Part shown: in pieces, positions 54,208 through 64,000 of the stretch
Layout of the letters: each line of letters begins with the position of its first letter
Position numbering within the stretch: position 1 is the first letter of the stretch
Origin: Dicyema japonicum
Lineage: Eukaryota > Animalia > Dicyemida
Reading direction: 5' to 3'
Assembly: GCA_011109175.1 (NCBI GenBank)
Contig: RDEW01000007.1
Location: forward strand, 1,498,236-1,562,235
DNA: 64,000 nt
Notes under the pieces: generated by a model
What the model was told of the DNA's origin: nothing
What the model saw: the letters and a program-made list of their open reading frames with translations, nothing else
Database searches by the model: none
Translations under genes and position numbers: made by a program

Positions 54208-55215
54208 ATCTGTCCCTTGTTCCCTCAAAAACGAAAAATTATAGTTTGAGTCAATAAAGCGATTAAGCAAAAAGAGGGTCGAAAATAGAATAAGTCGAAG
54301 GATCGGTCCTTGTTCTTTCAAAAACAAAAAAATTTAGTTTGAGTCAATAAAACGATTAAGCGAGAAAAGGGTCGAAAATAGAAGAGGTCGAGGAGGATCG
54401 GTCCTTGTTTTTTTCAAAAAACAAAAAAATTTAGTTAGAGTCAATAAAGCGATTAAGCAAAAAAAGGGTCGAAAATAGAATAAGTCGAAGGATCGGTCCC
54501 TTGTTCTCTCAAAACAAAAAAATTAGTTTGAGTCAATAAAACGATTAAGCGAGAAAAGGGTCGAAAATAGAATAAGTCGAGGGATCGCTCCTTGTTTTTT
54601 TCAAAAACAAAAAAAATTTAGTTAGAGTCAATAAAGCGATTAAGCAAAAAAAGGGTCGAAAATAGAATAAGTCGAAGGATCGGTCCCTTGTTCTCTCAAA
54701 AACAAAAAAATTTAGTTTGAGTCAATAAACGATTAAGCGAGAAAAGGGTCGAAAATAGAATAAGTCGAAGGATCGATCCTTGTTTTTTTTCAAAAACAAA
54801 AAAATTTAGTTTGAGTCAATAAAGCGATTAAGCAAAAAAAAGGGTCGAAAATAGAATAAGTCGAAGGATCGGTCCCTTGTTCTCTTAAAAACAAAAAATT
54901 TTAGTTTGAGTCAATAAAACGATTAAGCGAGAAAAGGGTCGAAAATAGAATAAGTCGAGGGATCGGTCCCTTGTTCTCTTAAAAACAAAAAATTTTAGTT
55001 TGAGTCAATAAAACAATTTTGCGAGAAAAGGGTCGAAAATAGAATAATTCGAAGGATCGATCCTTGTTCTCTCAAAACAAAAAAATTTAGTTTGAGTCAA
55101 TAAAGCGATTAAGCGAGAAGAGGGTCGAAAATAGAATAATTCGAAGGATCGCTCCTTGTTTTTTCAAAAACAAAAAAATTTAGTTAGAGTCAATAAAGCG
55201 ATTAAACGTGAAAAA
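54208..55215. repeat. ~94-bp tandem repeat, ~11 units, with A/B dimer periodicity
   Basis: Unit gatcggtccttgttctttcaaaaacaaaaaaatttagtttgagtcaataaaacgattaagcgagaaaagggtcgaaaatagaataagtcgaag, starting at ~54208, 54301, 54396, 54491, 54582, 54678 and onward. Confidence 0.97.
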
Positions 55216-55689
55216 GGTTGAAAAGACTTTTGTAACATTGAAATTTTAGCATTATTATGTGATTGGGGGATAACGGCGATTCATGGTAAACCAAGACAAC
55301 CACAATCACAAGGGTAGGTGGAACGCTAAATTAAACGTTACTATGATTGGATTGAAAACTACTGTTTATAATATAACATTTCTATGCGTAGTGTTACTGA
55401 AAAGTCACCTTTTAGGTTAGATTTATGATTTTATTTTTACACTATTATTTGTAACTTCAGGATTTAATACTGTTTCTGTGTCTGATATTAAGTGATCGAA
55501 TTACCAGCCCAAAGAGCTGAACATTTTTCAGATGATGAAAATCAATCAAGACAATCTTGAACTTTGCTTGGTGTATCAACTCCAACTCTTTGGAAAGAAA
55601 CTTTAGTTAGCATAAAAAACTTTTTAGTAAGCAAAAGAAATGATTCTACTTTTCAATTTTCCATTTTTTCTCTTTCCATTTTAATGGCT

Positions 55690-56870
55690 CATTTTTTCAG
55701 TGAAAAAAATGAGAAAAGGGTCCAGAGACGGTGAAATATAGAAACCGATACAGCATCTTCAACAGAGGTCCCTAGGCCAATTGCTCAGTGGTACTTGTCG
55801 CGTCTTTGATGTATAAAGCTTCCTAAACTCAGACTCTGGCATATGGACTGGACTTTCTAATATCGAAGATTACGCCTGAAAGTCAGAAAGATAGAAAAAT
55901 TTATTACATCACTTATGGAAAATGTGATGTAATTTTTGGGGTCCGAAACGAAGTAGAGACATGTTGGTGTCTCATAAAATGACCCTACACGATGAATACA
56001 AACCCACTTAATTAGTTTTGGTTCAGGTTTTGGTTTCTTTACAGTAATTAGTTTTGGGGTTTGTTAGAAAATAAAATTGTCTTGTCTGTCTTTGTCTTAG
56101 AAAATAATCTCTTTAGTTAGTTAGTAGGAAAATAATCTCTATAGCCAGCACGATCCAGATGGAAGTTCTAATTATAAACGAAACTAAATTATGGAAGATG
56201 CCCAAGGCTGTTGAAGCTAAGATTGCGAAGAAAAACAAAATTGACCAAAAAAGGAAAGAATCGAATGGAAAATTATTTCTAAAACGAGAAAATGCCCACA
56301 ATGGAGAAAGTGAAGTTTCCAAAATTGGAACGAATAAGAAATTAAAGTCAGAGTTTAGAATGTATGGGCAGAGTGGCTGGAATACGACATATAATAAGAA
56401 ACCTTCTAAAAAAAAACAGTAGAAGCTTCAACACAGAGAAGAGAGTGGTGCTCTTAAGAAGATAGGGCAGCCACCGAAAAAACCAGAAGTAGTCAGGATA
56501 ACCCTGATTAATGCCCGTTCTCTTCGGAAACGGGCCTCAGTGCTGGTCGCTATAGCCAGCACGAATCCAGATGGAAGTTTTAATTATAAACGAAACTAAA
56601 TTAAGCACATGGATTGGATTTAGCATCTGAAATTGATGACGAATATGAAAGAAAAACAAGAAGAATCGGTGATTTATTACATTGCTTGTGGAAACTCGCA
56701 TTGTAATTGGGGCTTTTTACGGAGAAGAAACATACGGTGTCTCATGAGAGTGCCCCGATATAGACGACCCCAAATCTTGGCTTTCCTCTTTAGTTAATGG
56801 ATCTTACCTTGTTTAGTTAGTTGGGGTTTTGCGAATAAATCATGTTATCTGTTATCTGTTAGGATTTGCT
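55690..56870 (+). mobile_element. Head-to-tail mosaic of deleted copies of the downstream LINE family (two 3' ends and one ORF1/ORF2 junction)
   Basis: 55837-56095 matches 60396-60657; 56410-56600 matches 57700-58035 with deletions; 56620-56870 encodes SEIDDEYERKTRRIGDLLHCLWK, resembling the ORF2 end SNIEEDYDLKVRKIEKLLHHLWK. Confidence 0.85.
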
Positions 56871-56890
56871 CGTTTTTTACTAAGACTACA

Positions 56891-57930
56891 ATGTTCTCTG
56901 TCAGGTTAATTATTAATTCTAAACATGGGAATTTAACTATTGTTAACATCTTTGATGGGATGGAATCAGCCAGAAGAGCTAGGATTTCTCGTCGACATAC
57001 TGGCGATTTTATCCTGCAGTTTAAGAACTTGGAAGACCTTGAAGATTTCAAAAAGTCAATGAATGATAGTAATCCTTTTGGATTGGGTGGACATGAGATG
57101 GAGGAAGTAAAACTGCCTCCTTCGACTATAATTCTAAAAAATGTTCCGACATGGATAGAGATGGATGAATTAAAGGATTTTCTTCGGTCAAAGTTGACAG
57201 GAGAGTTCCGAGCTGAAAGATTTGTACGCCGTGGTGTTAGCTTGCCTATTGTTAAGCTTGTCTTAACAAGCAGGGGAGAAGCAGAATCCATTGTCAGATT
57301 GGGATTGATTATTGGATTTTTGAAGATGAAAGCGGAATGGTATATAAAACGAGAAATTCAGTGTTTTCGTTGTCAACAGTTTGGACATATTGCTCGGTTT
57401 TGCAAGAACTTAGAAAAGTGTCTACATTGTTCGGGATCACATAGAAGATCTGAATGTAAAGCATCGCATGATACAAAAAATTGTGTTAATTGTGGGTCGA
57501 CTACTCATCTGGCAAATTATGGAGGTTGTCCGAAAGCTATGGAAGCCAATCGTGAGAAAATGAAGAAAGTTGCTGAAAAGTCAAAAGTCTCCAAAAAAGA
57601 AGATAAGAAACTTGCCAAATCCGGAAATAGTCATACTATAAAAATGCTAAGTCAGCTTTTCTTGATGGTCGAACTTGTTGGAATATTCCAACGGTCAAAA
57701 GGGCAACAGTAGAAGCTTCTACTCAGACAGAAGAACCTGTGAAGGGAAAGAAAGAAGAAATCTCAACACAGGTCAATGATGGTGAATGTCAACTTGATTA
57801 TTCACAAACTTTGAAAAAATTAGAGAAAAGCATTATAGAAGTAACGAAAACAAAAAAGGATACGAAGCATTTATTGGATTTGGTGGCGATCCTAAGAGGA
57901 GGGATCAGCCACCAAAAAAATCAGAAGTAA
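56891..57930 (+). CDS. LINE ORF1 nucleic-acid-binding (gag-like) protein; one internal frameshift near 57650
   Basis: QCFRCQQFGHIARFC, CLHCSGSHRRSEC, CVNCGSTTHLANYGGC; TAA at 57928-57930. Confidence 0.88.
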
Positions 57931-57973
57931 TCAGGATAACCCTGATTAATGCCCGCTCTCTTCGGAAGCGGGC
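57915..57973 (+). promoter_or_regulatory. Candidate -1 programmed ribosomal frameshift signal (second copy at 56477-56535)
   Basis: In-frame X_XXY_YYZ heptamer A_AAA_AAT (57915-57921), 6-nt spacer, hairpin taatcagg-ataac-cctgatta (57928-57948), hairpin gcccgct..tc(TTCG)ga-agcgggc (57951-57973). Confidence 0.65.
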
Positions 57974-60493
57974 TTCAGAGCTGACTGCATTGGTCAGCAC
58001 AGTGCATATGGATGTTTTGATAGTAAATGAGACGAAGATCAAGAAGGGAAGTTCTTTTAAACTTAATGGATTTTCATCAATTGATATTCCGTGGAAGAAG
58101 GGTTCTATTTCTGGAACTGGAACTTCGATTTATTATAAATCTAATTTGAATACGAAGAGACCAAGAATTATTGAAGAAGATGTATGTGAACTAGTCAGTG
58201 TGCAAATACAAACAAATATTGGATGGATAACAGTTGGAGGAATTTATTCTAAGAGCTTACGTGAGTACCCTTGGATCATTGAGAAATTTTTTAACGAAAA
58301 CGTGAATTCGATTTTGGTTGGGGACATGAACGCAAAGCATGTTGATTATGGATGTGTTACAACAAATCAGGATGGAAAATGTCTTATAAAGTGGATGGAA
58401 TCAGGAGAATTGAAAATTTTGACGTCAGCAGAAATAAATCACTATGCAACTTATAGTGGTGATAAACTTGGATTGTTCATAATGCCTCTGACGATGAGTG
58501 AAATGTGTGATCCTCCATATATCGAAAATGACATAGGAAGTGACCACATCCCACAAACGATTGAATTAAAAACTGGTCCGGTTTACACACGACAGTTATT
58601 CATTGGATATGATGTCAGCAAAATTGATTGGAATCACTTCAATTTCTACATCAGGCTGAAAATTGGTAATGTTTGTGATTTGGGGATTTCGAAACCGGAA
58701 GATATCGACATTCTGGATAACAAAATAAGATCTTTGTTGTTAAGTTATCTGGAAAATTATGGAAAAAGAAAAAATCTGTTGCCGCAGGAAAATATGATAA
58801 TAGGAGTAGAAGAACGCTCTTTGCGTCAGGAGAAGAATAAGTTAGAAAATAAATTAAAGAGGTGTTGGGATATCTTCGACTCTCAAGAACTTAAAATGCA
58901 GATCAAGTTAGTGAAGAAGAAAATAATGGATGTTGTAAAGAAGAATGAAGAAAAAGTATGGAAAAGAGAATGTTCAAAGTTACGTCGACAGAACCCAAAA
59001 TTTTGGAAACTATATGCAAGAATGAATTCTCCCAGTAATAAGAATGAAGAAATATCTCTCAAGTCAGATGATGGTCTCACTATTCCAAAAGAAGAAATTC
59101 CAAATGTTTTACGTCGACAATTGTCCAAAATTCAAGAGATAGATCCGGCATCTTTTATTCCGATAGAAGTACAAGATACAAGAAGTAGTTATAAAGAAAA
59201 GTCGAAATTGAGTGGTCCCTTGTGTCATCCTATAACGCTGGAAGAAATAAATGCTGCAATTAAGGGTTGCAAAAATAAAGCACCAGGGTGGGATTTTATC
59301 CCAATGAGTATTTTCAAGAACGCAGGCCCAATTTTGATTGAGTGCCTAAAATATTATATAATTCTTCTTGGAGTTTTGGTCATGTTCTAGCTTATTGGAA
59401 ACGAACAATTGTACGCATGGTTGTGAAAAAAGGAAAGCCAAGGTCAAAAGCAGATAGTTATAGGCCAATTAGCCTAGTCTGCTCAATATCGAAAGTTATG
59501 GAAAAAATTGTTTTCACTCGTCTATCAAGGCATGTTGAGGATAATAATTTTTTCTCTAATAATCAACTGGAATTTCGGCATAAAAAAGGGACTGGAGATT
59601 GCTTTAAAGAGCTAAGATCTGCAATCGAAATTTCACGAAATAAAAAGGAATTTCTTACAATAGCATGTTTGGATATAACAAAAGCGTTTGACAGTGTTTG
59701 GCACTTTGGACTTCTTGATACGTTGTCAAAAGCAGAAATTGGGAAAACTGCGTTATTATGGATAGAAAACTTTCTTTCAAAAAGAAAGTCATATATACGT
59801 GTTGGAAATTTAATTTCAAAGAAAATTGAATTGCGAAGAGGAGTTCCACAGGGTTCAATTCTCAGCCCGCTACTCTTCAATTGCGTAATGAGAGATTTGC
59901 CGAAAACAGAGAGCGTAAATAGTCAAATGATTATTTATGCTGATGACATTCTTGTGCTTGATTCAAGCATGAATAAACAAATTTCATGGAAAAGGGTGGA
60001 ATCCCATATTACTAAGATTGGAAAGTGGTGCCAAAACAATGGGTTGACTCTATCGAGGGAAAAAACAACAGTCACTTGGATTGCAAGTAAAAGAAAAAAT
60101 ATTAATCAATGTGTGAATACTGGGGATATAAAAATCTCTGAAACATTGAAGTATCTCGGATTGTTGATAGATCGAAGAGGATCTTTCAAGGAACATATTA
60201 AAACACGAAGAAAGAAAGCTACAGGAATGTTGAAATCTTTAATTCGATTTCATTTGGAGCTTGAAACTTTTCTTTTTGTGTATTCGGCGTGTGTTGAACC
60301 TTTCTCGATATATGGTTATCAAGGATGGTTTAGAACAAAAGAAAGTGATGTCTTTGTCAAAAAATTTGAAAAGTCCAGAAGATTTGCGATTAAATTGGCA
60401 TATGGACTGGACTTAAAATCCAATATCGAAGAGGATTACGACCTGAAAGTCAGAAAGATAGAAAAATTATTACATCACTTATGGAAAATGTAA
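57915..60493 (+). CDS. LINE ORF2 (APE endonuclease plus reverse transcriptase), -1 frame relative to ORF1; one internal frameshift near 59345
   Basis: ITLINARSL, DVLIVNETK, VGDMNAKH, GSDH, YRPISL, CLDITKAFDSVWH, GVPQGSILSPLLF, YADD, KYLG. Confidence 0.9.
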
Positions 60494-61929
60494 TGTAATT
60501 TTTGGGGTCCAAACGAACTAGAGACATGTGGTGTCTCATAAAATGACCCTACACGATGAATACAAATTCACTTAATTAGTTTTGGTTCAGGTTTTGGTTT
60601 CTTAACAGTAATTAGTTTTGGGGTTTGTTAGAAAATAAAATTTGTCTTGTTTTGTCCGAATTTACTATAAAGTTACTTTATATCTCGTTTCTTCTCCCAC
60701 ATCGGTAAGAAATTTTTGGGTGTTTTTTTATGGACATCAGTTTTTTGAGCCTAAGCTTTTCAATATTCCACAATTCCCTCAGAATTGTTCATTTATCTTC
60801 TAAATTCACTATAAATTCCGGTTTGTTGGTTGAGTTACCTGACCTCGCTAACCTGCAGGAGGCTAACTGCTATCAAATAAGATTTGATGAATGTCGGTTG
60901 CTCCCATAGATCGGTCACTTTTGACGCAGTAGGTTGGAAAGTTCCGGGCATTAGTATCATCTCGATGAAGAACCAAAAAACAGAGGACATCTTCGCTTTA
61001 TATGAGTAGGGAGATGTGTTTCAACACAGACGATCCAGGTTTACACACTTGTCCCAATTGTCGCCATCTTAAGGTGAACCACATTGACAGCCCTTCACTT
61101 CATAAAGTGTCACGTGTTATTTTAACTTTTAATTTATTAAAAATCGATATCAAAAATATTAGTTCATGTTTATTTTGTAAGATTTCAGACATATATCCTC
61201 AGCTTCTCACAGTCGACTGAGTGTTTATAATTTTGGTCGGATGAGATTCGAACCCAGATCATAATGGTTTTTAATAAATAATAAGTGCTTACCGTTTTAG
61301 TAATATATATAATGAATTAGAGCCTGATCTTATGTGGCCTTGGAGGGAAATCTACTGAAATAGCCGGGAGCGCTCAAACAGGTCTCTGAATCGATGTGAG
61401 TCGGATTATTCTAGCTAATTAAAAAACAGATTTTTTTTTCTTAAATTTTTATTAATTTATTAAATTCAGACTTTTTCGAAATTATGAGTCATTTTTGCTA
61501 ACGCAAACTCCAGCTGTTAATTTGGGAATATTGTTTCCTCATGACGAACATATGGAGTCTCAATGACAAGCGTCTATACTTTAAACTCATGCCCAAAGTT
61601 TCACGAAAATTTACAAACTTGAGGATTATGTGTAATTTATGTCTGGTCTTTAAAATACCTAGAAAGGGATCGGAGTAAGCGCTGATGGATATTTGATCAA
61701 ATTTCGCTTGCCATCCTGAGAGGGAATAGCGAGAGTGGCCGCTGTATGACCCTCGACTGACTGTCTCTTTATTTTATTTCATTTAACTCATTAATACAAA
61801 ATTACCTAGACAATCTATTTTATAATAAACAAGTTAAAGTCATCTGTAATTTCGATAAATTTTTGAGTCTGCTAATTAAGCAAGTCGATAAAATAATCCG
61901 ACAGATGTTTTTTATTACAATATAAAAGC

Positions 61930-62370
61930 ATGAAATTTAAATTTCAATCAAATGCTGGGTTATTCGATTTTATTGATACTTTTTGTTGCATCCATGAGAG
62001 CCGTAATGTTTTTATATAATCCAAAAGACCTACAAAGAGAACAGCAGACTTCAAAATAAGAAGTTGATAGAGTCAAATATAGAAAGTAAATATTTTCTAA
62101 CCTCAGATAGAAGGAAACAAATAAATGGCTTGGTCCTCATTAATGGGGGTTGTTTGAACTTTTTACTTGATAGAGTATATTTGCGCCAAACCAGGAATAC
62201 ACGCACATCCTGATTGTTCAAAATTCACAATATGCGCACATATAGGAGAAAAGCCACGTATAAGAAATTGTCCACCTGAATTTAAATTCGATTCAAGGAT
62301 TAACACATGTAATTGGTCATGGGATAGCAGATGCTATGAATCTTGGGAAGTAAAGAACATATATAATTAG
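61930..62370 (+). CDS. Chitin-binding type-2 domain protein, copy B (two homopolymer insertions in exon 1)
   Basis: Domain protein sequence identical to copy A; two extra C-terminal residues (YN). Confidence 0.8.
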
Positions 62371-62499
62371 TGAGTTAATATTAATTATGGCTTTTTTCCT
62401 AATAAATCGAAAATTTATGAATATTTGAAATTTAAAATACAAAAAATTGATTTTTAAATTAATAAAAATTAATATAATTTAATTTGACAAACTGAAGAT

Positions 62500-64000
62500 A
62501 AATGTATCCCGTTTCGAATTTTGTTACCACCCATTCCGACTGAAAGTTTCGATTACGATGCATTCCGGTTTGACTCGTGACGTCGTCATCAGTGTGTTTA
62601 TTAAAATCTTGCCATGAGGCATGGATTCCCCCTCTAGCATCAAAGTCTCGTCTAAACGCACGTGTCACCGACCCGGATCTCAATAAAAAAACCTTGATCC
62701 GTTCCACTATTGATCGTCATCCTCCTAGTCTTATCAAGATGGTTGATTATTATTTCTCTTGGGTAAAAAATACCACTCTCGACGTCCATGGATGAGAGAG
62801 AACAGTATAATTCTTTCAAAATAAAGATAAACGTCTCCTTCTTCAAATCGAGTTTCCGTAGACACAGAACAGCTTGATAAGCTTTTTTCATTACGGCACT
62901 TTCAACATTATTTTTTTACATCCAAACAGAAATTCGCATAACTTTAGACTATTCCATTTTTTTATTTTTTATTTATTAACCCCGATACACCGAGAATTCT
63001 TTCACAACTAATTAAGTGTATCCAGTTTCCACTTCTACCGAAACAGAGTTTATCCGGAATCAACATAAAAGGTAAAAGACGTCCATACTTGCAGTTGTGG
63101 AAACCCCTCCAGTGGAGTGGGGACTATTCCATAGAGAGAAATAAGCCACGGGATTTACACAATTCGAAAATCTTTAAAAAATTCACGTAATCTTCCCTCA
63201 GACACCACTGAACTTTTCGAGACGTCCGATATCAGTACATCTTCCGCGTAAATAATCACGTTAGTACTCGGATTTTTAGGAGCCTGGAAGTCCCTTTTCA
63301 GAAGTGAATCCTCTACATTTCACAAATGATTTTCTCCCCACCAGAAGATTCCTTAACCAATCGAGTAAAAGGAATTTCAGCTGTGACTTGTTGATAAAAC
63401 AGTGTGTCATGCCAGACACTATCAAAAGCCTCTTGTATATTCAAGCAGTCGACACTCAGCTGATACCTGAAATTCTGGACCTTCTAAATCTCAGAGTTCA
63501 AGATAGACAATCTCAACAGGATCTCCATTGGCAAAAGCCCCATTGTTCATGCTGAGAAAATTCCTAAATAAACAGACGAAATAAACCGACAAACTCCAGC
63601 AAAAAGTTCATATTTACCAGATGTTCTTCCCTCGAGCATATAACAGGATGCTCGTGGTAAAACAATAAAATTAATAATTACATGCAGGATCAAGTTGGGT
63701 CATATACATTTTCATTGGAAATTGACAGAATCCGGGTGATGCCGGAAATCTGGATATTTAGCAGCCATTTGTAAAGGCTGGCTTTGGTATCTTGACCTTG
63801 TATGTTTTGCGAGATGTGGCATTGAAAAGTAGCTTTACTAGTTTGCTCTCGAATAGACGGTCAATTGTAAACTTTTTCTATGAGTCTCGTGAGATTTGGC
63901 TTAGAAGAGGTGTCCCTTAATACATAATCTTGATATACGCTGCCGTCGTCATAATTTATGATGTCTCTTTAAATCCTATGATATCTAAGAAACGGTTGAA
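62500..64000 (-). mobile_element. Degenerate LINE RT region running off the window end
   Basis: LLDWLRNLLVGRKSFVK, IIYAEDVLI, LRKLDLKKETFIFI..., HLDKTRRM; related to ORF2 at 57915-60493. Confidence 0.7.

Larger units (their letters stand above)
56871..60657 (+). mobile_element. Near full-length Jockey/I-group non-LTR retrotransposon (gag-like ORF1; APE-RT ORF2); copy B only
   Basis: Three CCHC knuckles in ORF1; APE and RT motifs in ORF2; 3' UTR with aataaa and a ttgtc-rich tail. No integrase, protease or RNase H seen. Confidence 0.92.

Noticed and set aside
55837-60657. LTR retrotransposon (direct repeats around gag/pol)
   Set aside because: The repeat includes ORF2 C-terminal codons and the 3' UTR. 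The element has APE and lacks integrase, protease and TG..CA ends.

Overview
AT-rich eukaryotic DNA, not prokaryotic. The gene content is animal-like (DCLK kinase, chitin-binding type-2 protein) and the GT-AG introns are only 22-29 nt, which suggests a highly reduced animal such as a dicyemid or myxozoan (inference). The window is mostly two diverged tandem copies of a ~32.5-kb unit: copy A ~1-29815 and copy B ~32452-62770. Host genes and pseudogenes: DCLK-like kinase, DNA primase small subunit (PRIM1), ARL2, a probable FAM91A1-like gene, DNAJC3/P58IPK (copy A only, 8 tiny introns), a chitin-binding (peritrophin-A/CBM14) protein and a Cys/Pro-rich secreted protein. Between them lie many non-LTR retrotransposons (R4/Dong-like, CRE-like, RTE-like, Jockey/I-like), a hAT remnant, a probable Helitron 3' end, and tandem repeats of ~330, 49 and ~94 bp. 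The most striking signal is a candidate -1 programmed ribosomal frameshift cassette at the ORF1/ORF2 junction of a near full-length LINE (A_AAA_AAU, 6-nt spacer, two hairpins). A second, diverged family member keeps the cassette as A_AAA_AAC with a compensatory base pair. Many single-base frameshifts fall in homopolymers and may be sequencing errors. All identifications come from manual translation and motif recognition; TE fragment boundaries are approximate.
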